Under the pieces are notes generated by a model. It worked only from the letters and a program-made list of their open reading frames with translations, ran no database searches and was not told where the DNA came from. From contig DATFDN010000076.1 of the NCBI GenBank assembly GCA_035252035.1, positions 1 to 43,362 of the forward strand: a DNA stretch of 43,362 nt, given 5' to 3'. Made by a program: the position numbers and the translations under genes. Source of the stretch: Acetobacteraceae bacterium. Its GTDB lineage: Bacteria > Pseudomonadota > Alphaproteobacteria > Acetobacterales > Acetobacteraceae. How positions within the stretch are numbered: position 1 is the stretch's first letter; every line of letters begins with the position of its first letter. Positions 16,228-23,505 of the stretch are shown here, piece after piece.

Positions 16228-18381
16228 ATGGACGAGTTGCTGGCCGATTTTTTGGCAGAAGCGAATGAGAGCCTTTCCGAACTGGACGCGACGCTGCTGC
16301 GGTTGGAGCGCAACCCAGACGATGCTGCGACGCTGTCACAAATCTTTCGCTCGGTGCATACCATCAAGGGCACCTGCGGCTTCCTCGGCCTACCACGCTT
16401 GGAGCGGTTAGCCCACGCCGCCGAAAATGTCCTGGGCCGGCTGCGGGATGGCACACTCGGCGCCAGCCCCGAAATCGTCACCTCGGTGCTGGCGGCACTC
16501 GATGGTGCGCGGACGATCCTGAGTAGCCTCGGTGCGACAGGTGCCGAGCCAGCGGGCGACGACATGGCCCTGATCGCCGCCCTCGACGAGGCCGCGCAAG
16601 GCCGGCCAACGGCACCCAAACCCGCCAGCGCACCCGAACCGGCCGCACCCGCGAGGGATGCGCAACTTGCTCCGCCGCACGCGCCAATTCCCGCCATCGA
16701 GCCTCCCCAGCCAGGGAGCGACGCTGCCGCCGCGCAGACGATCCGCGTCGCCGTGGACGTGCTCGATAACCTGATGACCTTGGTGAGCGAGCTGGTGCTG
16801 ACCCGCAACCAGTTGTTGCAGCTTGCCCGCGGCTTCCAAAACAGCGCGCTCGCCGCGCCCTTGCAGCGATTGTCGCACATCACTTCGGACCTTCAGGAAG
16901 GTGTGATGAAGACGCGGATGCAGCCGATCGGCAACGCCTGGAACAAGCTGCCTCGCTTGGTGCGCGATCTCGCACGCGATCTGGGCAAGTCGATCGAGCT
17001 CGCTATGCATGGCGCCGAGACCGAGCTTGACCGTCAAGTGCTGGAGCTCATCAAGGATCCGCTGACGCACATGATACGCAACGCCGCCGATCACGGGCTG
17101 GAGCCGCCGGATGAACGCAGGGCAGCGGGCAAGCGCGAGACGGGGCGGATTACGCTGACTGCGTTCCACGAGGGTGGCCACATCAACATCGAAATTGCCG
17201 ACGACGGACGCGGGCTGGCGGCCGAGCGCATCCGTGCCAAGGCGCTGGCCCAGGGCCTCGCGAGCGAGGCCGAGTTGGCAGCCATGAGCGAGGCGCAAAT
17301 CCAGCGGTTCATCTTCGATGCCGGGTTCTCGACGGCCACTACGGTCACTTCCATCTCCGGACGCGGCGTCGGGATGGACGTGGTGAAGACAAATATCGAG
17401 CGGATCGGCGGCACGATCGACCTGACGAGTCACCCCGGAAAGGGCACGACGTTCACCATCAAGATTCCGCTCACCTTGGCGATCGTCTCGGCGCTGGTGG
17501 TGGAAGCGGGCGGAGAGCGCTTCGCCATTCCGCAGATCAGCGTGATGGAGCTGGTCCGCGCCGGCCGGCCTGGCGAAGCCGGAGCCGAGAGCGTGATCGA
17601 GCGGATCAACGACACCCCGGTGCTGCGCCTGCGCAACCGCCTGCTGCCGCTGGTGAGCCTCGCCGGACTCTTGGGGCTGGCGGGATCGGACGGGACCGGC
17701 ATCATCGTCGTGGCCCAGGTCGGCTCCAGCCTGCTCGGCGTCGTTGTGGACCGGGTATTCGACACCGAGGAAATCGTGGTCAAGCCGGTGGCCCCGATGC
17801 TGCGCCAGCTCACCGTGTTCAGCGGCAATACGATCCTGGGAGACGGGTCGGTGATCATGGTCCTTGATCCCAACGGCATCGCGCGCGCCACGGGGATCGG
17901 CGCGGGCGAGAGCACGCGCCCTGCGCCAGCCTCGACCAGCGACGGCGCGGCATCGGGCAAACGCGAGGCCATGCTGCTATTCCGCGCCGGTGGCACGCGC
18001 CCGCTGGCCGTGCCGCTTAGCCTGGTGGCCCGACTCGAGCAGATCCCGCGCGAGCGGATCGAGGTCTCCGCAAGCGTGCCGGTGGTGCAGTACCGCGGCA
18101 AGCTGATGCCGCTCGTGGCGTTGTCCGGCGGCTCCGCTGACCATCCGTCATCCGCCACCCAGCCGGTGCTGGTTTTCGCGGATGGCGAGCGCAGCGCGGG
18201 ATTGATGGTGGACGAGATCGTGGACGTGGTCGAAGACCGCCTGGACATCGAGCTCTCAGCCACGCGGCCCGGCCTGCTCGGCACGGCAGTCATCGGCGGG
18301 CAGGCGACCGACGTGATCGATACGGCTTACTGGCTGGCGCGATTGCCCGCCCCGGCGCCTCGGCGGGAGGCCGGAGCATGA
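16228..18381 (+). CDS. cheA: chemotaxis histidine kinase CheA with two tandem C-terminal CheW-like domains and no receiver
   Basis: P1 Hpt 'FRSVHTIKGTCGFLG'. Kinase N-box 'HMIRNAADHGLE', G1 'DDGRG', G2 'SGRGVGMDVV'. P5 'ERFAIPQISVMELV...VVDRVFDTEEIVVKP...GDGSVIMVLD'. A second CheW-like module follows: 'AMLLFRAGG..PLAVPLSLVARLE...LMVDEIVDVVE'. Confidence 0.9.
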   Translation: MDELLADFLAEANESLSELDATLLRLERNPDDAATLSQIFRSVHTIKGTCGFLGLPRLERLAHAAENVLGRLRDGTLGASPEIVTSVLAALDGARTILSSLGATGAEPAGDDMALIAALDEAAQGRPTAPKPASAPEPAAPARDAQLAPPHAPIPAIEPPQPGSDAAAAQTIRVAVDVLDNLMTLVSELVLTRNQLLQLARGFQNSALAAPLQRLSHITSDLQEGVMKTRMQPIGNAWNKLPRLVRDLARDLGKSIELAMHGAETELDRQVLELIKDPLTHMIRNAADHGLEPPDERRAAGKRETGRITLTAFHEGGHINIEIADDGRGLAAERIRAKALAQGLASEAELAAMSEAQIQRFIFDAGFSTATTVTSISGRGVGMDVVKTNIERIGGTIDLTSHPGKGTTFTIKIPLTLAIVSALVVEAGGERFAIPQISVMELVRAGRPGEAGAESVIERINDTPVLRLRNRLLPLVSLAGLLGLAGSDGTGIIVVAQVGSSLLGVVVDRVFDTEEIVVKPVAPMLRQLTVFSGNTILGDGSVIMVLDPNGIARATGIGAGESTRPAPASTSDGAASGKREAMLLFRAGGTRPLAVPLSLVARLEQIPRERIEVSASVPVVQYRGKLMPLVALSGGSADHPSSATQPVLVFADGERSAGLMVDEIVDVVEDRLDIELSATRPGLLGTAVIGGQATDVIDTAYWLARLPAPAPRREAGA

Positions 18382-18854
18382 GTGCGGCCTTGTTCGATTG
18401 GCCCGCCGGCGCCCATGAGGGGGCACGGCAGTTCGTGACCCTGACCGTCGCCGAGCAGCTTTGCGGCGTGCCGGTCTTGGGGGTGCGCGACATCCTTTCA
18501 CGGCAGACAATCACCCGTATCCCGCTGGCACCCCCGGAGGTGGCTGGGAGCCTCAATCTACGCGGGCGCATCGTCACGGCCATCGACCTGCGCCGGCGGC
18601 TGCGCCTGCCCCCTGCCCCACCCGGAGCGCCGACGATGTCCGTTGTCACGGAGCAGGATGGCGAGCTCTACGCACTTGTGGTGGACCAGGTTCGCGAAGT
18701 GATGAGTCTGCCGACAGAGGCCTTCGAGCGGAATCCGCCGACGTTGCCGCCCGCCTGGCCGGCGTTCAGCAACGGCATCTATCGCCTCGCTGGCACGCTG
18801 TTGGTGGCGCTTGATGTCGCACGGCTGCTCGCGGTGCGGACCGAGCCGGGATGA
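18378..18854 (+). CDS. cheW: chemotaxis coupling protein CheW
   Basis: 158 aa. 'QFVTLTVAEQLCGVPVLGVRDIL', 'VAGSLNLRGRIVTAIDLRRRL' and 'LVVDQVREVM' match CheW. The ATG overlaps the cheA stop (ATGA). Confidence 0.85.
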   Translation: MSAALFDWPAGAHEGARQFVTLTVAEQLCGVPVLGVRDILSRQTITRIPLAPPEVAGSLNLRGRIVTAIDLRRRLRLPPAPPGAPTMSVVTEQDGELYALVVDQVREVMSLPTEAFERNPPTLPPAWPAFSNGIYRLAGTLLVALDVARLLAVRTEPG

Positions 18855-19933
18855 TGCCCGTCGAAGCCAGAGTCGCCGGCGCTGACACCGTGCGCGTCAT
18901 GATATGTGACGACTCCGTTGTCATGCGCGCCGCCATCGCGCGGGCGTTCGAAGCTGACCCCACGATACGCATCGTGGCTCGCGTCGCGGACGGGAAACAG
19001 GCTCTGGCCGAAGTGCGGCGCCAACCCATCGACGTGCTGGTGCTCGACATTGAAATGCCGGTGATGGACGGGTTGACGGCGCTGCCATTGCTGATGCGCG
19101 CCGCTCCACGGCTGCGCGTGCTGATGGTTTCCACCCTCACGACACGCGGCGCCGAGGTCACGCTTCAGGCGTTGCGGCTGGGCGCGGCCGACTATGTGGC
19201 GAAGCCGAGCGCCATCGCGGGGCAGAACGCTGAGCTGTTCCGTCGCGAGCTTCTGGATAGGGTGAGGGCTCTCGCGTCGCGTCCCGCGCGTCCATCCGGC
19301 GCCCGGACGACCGCTGTCGTCCCGGCGCGGCCACGTCTTGGACCCGCTGCGCTGCCCCGCCTGCTTGCGATCGGCAGCTCTACCGGCGGGCCGCAGGCCT
19401 TGCTCGCCCTGTTCGCGGCGCTTGGACGCACCGTGCCGGTTCCGGTGATCGTGACCCAGCACATGCCCGCCGCCTTCACGCCAATTCTCGCCCAGCACAT
19501 CACGCGTGCCGGGGGCCTGCCCTGCGCCGAAGCCGTTGATGGCGAAATGCTACTATCCGGACGTATTTATCTCGCGCCGGGAGACCGGCATCTGTTGATC
19601 GAGCGTGATGCCGCCGGCGCGCGTGCGCGGCTATCAACCGCGCCAGCGGTCAATTTCTGCCGTCCGTCGGTCGATCCAATGCTGGAGAGCGCAGCGGCCT
19701 CGTTCGATGGCCGCGTGCTGGTTGTCATGCTCACCGGCATGGGAAGCGACGGATTGGAGGGGACGCGCCGCGTGATCGAGGCCGGAGGGGCCGCCATTGC
19801 GCAGGACGAGGCGAGCAGCGTGGTATGGGGGATGCCCGGCGCCGTCGCTCAGGCGGGCCTCTGCCAAGCCGTTTTGCCGCTGAGCGCCATCGCGCCGCGT
19901 CTGCGCGAGGTGCTGCGAATCGCCGCGCAATGA
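18851..19933 (+). CDS. cheB: protein-glutamate methylesterase/deamidase CheB (REC + esterase)
   Basis: REC 'VRVMICDDSVVMR...DVLVLDIEMPVMDG...DYVAKP'. Esterase 'LLAIGSSTGGPQAL', 'VTQHMP..FT', 'MLTGMGSDG' and 'QDEASSVVWGMPG'. The ATG overlaps the cheW stop. Confidence 0.9.
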   Translation: MMPVEARVAGADTVRVMICDDSVVMRAAIARAFEADPTIRIVARVADGKQALAEVRRQPIDVLVLDIEMPVMDGLTALPLLMRAAPRLRVLMVSTLTTRGAEVTLQALRLGAADYVAKPSAIAGQNAELFRRELLDRVRALASRPARPSGARTTAVVPARPRLGPAALPRLLAIGSSTGGPQALLALFAALGRTVPVPVIVTQHMPAAFTPILAQHITRAGGLPCAEAVDGEMLLSGRIYLAPGDRHLLIERDAAGARARLSTAPAVNFCRPSVDPMLESAAASFDGRVLVVMLTGMGSDGLEGTRRVIEAGGAAIAQDEASSVVWGMPGAVAQAGLCQAVLPLSAIAPRLREVLRIAAQ

Positions 19934-20859
19934 GCGCGATCGCGGGGAGCAGTGCCTTCCAAATCCTGGCCGAGCTGCTGCGGTCGCGCTCGGGCCTCGC
20001 GATCGGTCCCGACAAGTTGTATCTGCTCGAAACCCGTCTCGGGTCGATCATCCGGCGCGAGAAGCTGGGCGACCTCGCCGGGCTCGCGCAGCGGCTGAGC
20101 GCACCAGCAGCCGAGACACTGGCCGGCGAGGTGGTCGAGGCGATGACCACCAATGAAAGCTTCTTCTTCCGCGACGACAAGCCCTTCGCGCATGTCCGCG
20201 CCAAGGCGCTGCCGCGCCTGCTGCTCGCGCGTCCGCCCGGAACCCCCATCCGTATCTGGTCCGCTGCCGCCTCGTCGGGGCAGGAGGCGTATTCGCTGGC
20301 GATAATCGCGGCGGAGCTGGGGGCCAGCAAGCGCGTTGAGATTGTCGGCACTGACATCGCCCGCGCCCAGCTCGCCCGTGCCCGCGAGGGACTCTATAGC
20401 CAGTTCGAGGTGCAGCGCGGCCTGCCGGTCCAGCTCCTGGCGAAACATTTCCGCAAGGAGGAGGACCAGTGGCGTGTCGCCCCGCCGCTGCGCGAGATGG
20501 TGCAGTTTCGTGAATGGAACCTGCTTGCCGATCCCGGCCCGCTGGGCCGCTTCGACATTGTGTTCTGCCGCAACGTGCTGATCTATTTCGACCAGCCCAC
20601 GAAGGCCCGCGTGTTGGAGGCGATTGCGCGGCAGATGGCCGAGGATGGCCTCCTCTATCTGGGGGGTACCGAGACGGTGTTGGGCCTTACGAATCAGCTC
20701 GTGCCGCTCGCCGAGGATCGCAGCGTCTATTCAAAGGTCGCCGCACCGCCCACCTCGATCTCCAGCCAGCCTCGCGCATCGAACCGACCCGTGTCACCCG
20801 CGCGCAGCAGCACGGTTGTCGTCTCCGACTCCACGATCGCCGGCCCGTGCAGCGCCTGA
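19930..20859 (+). CDS. cheR: chemotaxis protein methyltransferase CheR
   Basis: From the ATG at 19930, overlapping the cheB stop: 'MTTNESFFFRD..PF', 'IRIWSAAASSGQEAYSLAI', 'IVGTDI' and 'FDIVFCRNVLIYFD'. The last ~45 codons overlap the 3' end of hyuA on the other strand. Confidence 0.9.
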   Translation: MSAIAGSSAFQILAELLRSRSGLAIGPDKLYLLETRLGSIIRREKLGDLAGLAQRLSAPAAETLAGEVVEAMTTNESFFFRDDKPFAHVRAKALPRLLLARPPGTPIRIWSAAASSGQEAYSLAIIAAELGASKRVEIVGTDIARAQLARAREGLYSQFEVQRGLPVQLLAKHFRKEEDQWRVAPPLREMVQFREWNLLADPGPLGRFDIVFCRNVLIYFDQPTKARVLEAIARQMAEDGLLYLGGTETVLGLTNQLVPLAEDRSVYSKVAAPPTSISSQPRASNRPVSPARSSTVVVSDSTIAGPCSA

Positions 20860-22826
20860 CCGGACGCCAGTGCAGCGAAGTCGAACACCGCGAGATCGGA
20901 CCACGCGCCATCCAGCCAAACGCGGCGATTCGCGGGATGCTCCCTCTCCCCGGCCCCCTCCCGCAAGGGAAGGGGGAGAAGAGAATCCCCCTCCCCTTGC
21001 GGCAGGGGATTGGGGGAGGGGTCGCTCCCAAGCCGCCCTATCACCGAAAGCCGCGCGCTCACCAACACCGGCTCCTGCTCGCGCATCGCATAGGTGTAGA
21101 GCGCCGCGTGTCGGGCATGGAACGCCTCGGCGACCGCCTGCGCCGCATCGGGTGCGGCAAGGTCCAAGCCGTCCAGACCCACCGCGACCTCGAAGACCTG
21201 CTCGCCATAGCGCATATCGGCGGAGCGCTGGACCGAGATCATGCCCTCGAACTGGGGCAGACGGGAGCGGCCCTCGGCCTCCATGGCTTCGAACGCGGCG
21301 CGCAGAGCGGCAACGTCAAGGCTGCCGGTCTGCGTCAGGCTGCGCGTCAGTTCCACCCGCAAATCGGTGTTCAGCATTCCCCAGGCCGAAAGGACCGAGG
21401 CGGCCAGCGGCACGATGATCCGGCGCACGCCGAGTTCGGAGGCCACGGAAGCAATGTGCAGACCCGCCGCCCCGCCGAACGCGAGGATCGCGTGCCGGCG
21501 CGGATCGACCCCGCGCCGGACCGTGGCGATCCGCACGCCATCGGCCATCCGCGCGTTGACCAGGCGCACGATTCCCGCCGCTGCCGCCTCCGTGGCAAGC
21601 CCAAGCGCCTGGCCGATGCCGCCGATCGCCGTCTCGGCCGCTGCCCGATCGAGTTTACGCCGCCCGCCCAGGAAGCGCGCCGGGTCCAGCAGACCCAGCA
21701 CCAGATTGGCGTCGGTCACGGTCGCCCGCGTGCCGCCCAGCCCATAGCAGGCGGGTCCGGGATCGGCGCCCGCGCTCTCCGGCCCGACCTGGAGCAGCCC
21801 GGCGCCATCGACTCGTGCGACGCTGCCGCCCCCGGCCCCGAGGGTCACGATGTCCAGCGCCGGAAGGAAGATGCGCGCCTCTCCCACCTGCCGGCCGGCC
21901 GAAAGCGAGGGCTGGCCGCCCTGGACCACGGCGAGGTCGGTGCTGGTTCCACCCATGTCGAAGGTGATGAGGTCGCGTGGGATGCCTTGCCGCGACAACG
22001 CGACCGATGCCGCGACCCCGCCCGCCGGTCCCGACAGCGCCGTGCCGACGGCAAGCCGTGATGCTTCCTCCGCCGAGGCGACGCCGCCATGCGACAGGAT
22101 GACGTACACTGGCCCATCATACCCCTCTGCCGCCAGCCGGCCGGTCAGGCGGCGCAGATAGGCCGCGATCACCGGCCCGACCGCCGCGTTGGCGGCGGTG
22201 GTGGAGAACCGCTCGAATTCCTTGATTTGCGGCAGCACATCGGCCGAGGCGGTCACATAGGCGCCCGGCAGGCGCGCGCGAGCCGCCGTCGCGGCGATGC
22301 GCTCATGCTCCGGGTTGGCCCAGGCGTGCAGAAAGCAGACCGCGACCGCCTGCACTGGCTCGGCCGCCAACTGGTCGAGGGCCGCTTCCAGCGACGCGGG
22401 ATCGAGCGGCGTCTCGATCCGCCCGTCGGCGCGGATGCGCTCCGTCACGCCAAGCCGGAGCCGGCGCGGCACGATCGGCGCCGGCGGCGTCATGCGCAGA
22501 TTGTAGCGATCGGGCTTCAGCCCCTCACGCATCTCGATCACGTCGCGATGCCCGGCGGTGGTCAACAGGCCGACCCGTGCCGCCTTTCCCTCCAGCAACG
22601 CATTGGTCGCGACCGTCGTGCCGTGGACGACGCGCCCGGTGCGTCCGAGTAGCGCGGCCGGGCTCAGTGCCAATGTAGCAGCGGCGCACGCAATCGCATC
22701 CAGCACGCCGTCCACCGGATCGCGGGGCGTGGTGGGCGCCTTCGCGGCGATGATGGAGCCGCCCGCACCCCTGACGACGATATCGGTGAACGTGCCGCCG
22801 ACATCGATGCCGACAGCGTATATCAT
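20727..22826 (-). CDS. hyuA: hydantoinase/oxoprolinase family protein, A (ATP-binding) subunit
   Basis: 'MIYAVGIDVGGTFTDIV', 'VVHGTTVATNALLE', 'ITFDMGGTSTD' and 'TLGAGGGS'. The ATG at 22826 forms an ATGA overlap with the vapC stop. The alternative ATG at 22838 also overlaps vapC. Confidence 0.9.
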   Translation of the reverse strand: MIYAVGIDVGGTFTDIVVRGAGGSIIAAKAPTTPRDPVDGVLDAIACAAATLALSPAALLGRTGRVVHGTTVATNALLEGKAARVGLLTTAGHRDVIEMREGLKPDRYNLRMTPPAPIVPRRLRLGVTERIRADGRIETPLDPASLEAALDQLAAEPVQAVAVCFLHAWANPEHERIAATAARARLPGAYVTASADVLPQIKEFERFSTTAANAAVGPVIAAYLRRLTGRLAAEGYDGPVYVILSHGGVASAEEASRLAVGTALSGPAGGVAASVALSRQGIPRDLITFDMGGTSTDLAVVQGGQPSLSAGRQVGEARIFLPALDIVTLGAGGGSVARVDGAGLLQVGPESAGADPGPACYGLGGTRATVTDANLVLGLLDPARFLGGRRKLDRAAAETAIGGIGQALGLATEAAAAGIVRLVNARMADGVRIATVRRGVDPRRHAILAFGGAAGLHIASVASELGVRRIIVPLAASVLSAWGMLNTDLRVELTRSLTQTGSLDVAALRAAFEAMEAEGRSRLPQFEGMISVQRSADMRYGEQVFEVAVGLDGLDLAAPDAAQAVAEAFHARHAALYTYAMREQEPVLVSARLSVIGRLGSDPSPNPLPQGEGDSLLPLPLREGAGEREHPANRRVWLDGAWSDLAVFDFAALASGQALHGPAIVESETTTVLLRAGDTGRFDARGWLEIEVGGAATFE
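20936..21024. repeat. GC-rich REP-like double hairpin lying in frame inside the hyuA coding sequence
   Basis: 'ccccctccc-gcaa-gggaaggggg' and 'aatcccc...ggggatt' / 'cccctccccttgcgg'. It shares 'gctccctctcc' with the element at 1706 and 'cccctccccttgcgg' with the reverse complement of 9666-9684. It is translated as 'SDPSPNPLPQGEGDSLLPLPLREGAGERE'. Confidence 0.6.
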
Positions 22827-23209
22827 GCGGCGGCCCATAACTGGGCCACGCCGTCATAGGCGCGGATGACACTATCCGCGGTCAACAACGTGCAGGCCAA
22901 GCGCCGCGCCTGGGCGATGAGCATTCGATCGAAGGGATCGTCGTGGCGCCACGCCAGCGCGCCGGCCGACTCCGCGTCCACTGGGAGAATCGGTGCTTCG
23001 TGGAACCCGTTGGCGCCAATCGCGGCCACCGCCGAGCCTTCGAACTCCAACTTGTTCAGCCGCCGCTTGATGGCGATTTCCAACACCGACACCGCGCTGA
23101 CAAAGACCTGGTTGGCGGGGTCCGTGATCAGCGCGCTGGCATTCGCGCTCAATCCAGGATCCTGCCTGTCCCACCAGAGGAAGACATGCGTATCGAGCAG
23201 CAGGTTCAA
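22823..23209 (-). CDS. vapC: type II toxin, PIN-domain VapC family
   Basis: 128 aa. 'LLLDTHVFLWW', 'VSAVSVLEIAIK' and 'HDDPFDRMLIAQA......LLTAD' carry the PIN acidic residues and the typical VapC layout. Confidence 0.85.
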   Translation of the reverse strand: MNLLLDTHVFLWWDRQDPGLSANASALITDPANQVFVSAVSVLEIAIKRRLNKLEFEGSAVAAIGANGFHEAPILPVDAESAGALAWRHDDPFDRMLIAQARRLACTLLTADSVIRAYDGVAQLWAAA

Positions 23210-23448
23210 TCTTTCCTGCCCTCGAACAGGCGCTCGATGGCGGGATCAGGTGCATCGAAATCCGCGGCGAGGCGGCGGATGCGCATGGCGTTGGCGGGGC
23301 TGCGCGCCACGCCCCGAAAGGCGATCGGAACCAGCCTCGCCTGCGGCACGCCGTTCTTGGCGATAATGATCTCCTCACCGGCGGCGGCACGGGCGACCAA
23401 GCCGGAAAGCCGCGTCTTGGCCTCATAGAGACTGACGAACTGGGGCAC
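23206..23448 (-). CDS. type II antitoxin, Phd/YefM family
   Basis: 'VSLYEAKTRLSGLVARAAAGEEIIIAKNGVPQARLVP' and 'DFDAPDPAIERLF' are typical of this family. The GTG at 23448 lies 5 nt after a perfect SD AAGGAGG (23460-23454). The stop overlaps the vapC start (ATGA). Confidence 0.8.
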   Translation of the reverse strand: MPQFVSLYEAKTRLSGLVARAAAGEEIIIAKNGVPQARLVPIAFRGVARSPANAMRIRRLAADFDAPDPAIERLFEGRKD

Positions 23449-23505
23449 GAGAGCCTCCTTGACCGGGTCGACCAGTAACGGCAACGCCGCCGTTGGTCAA
23501 GCTGG

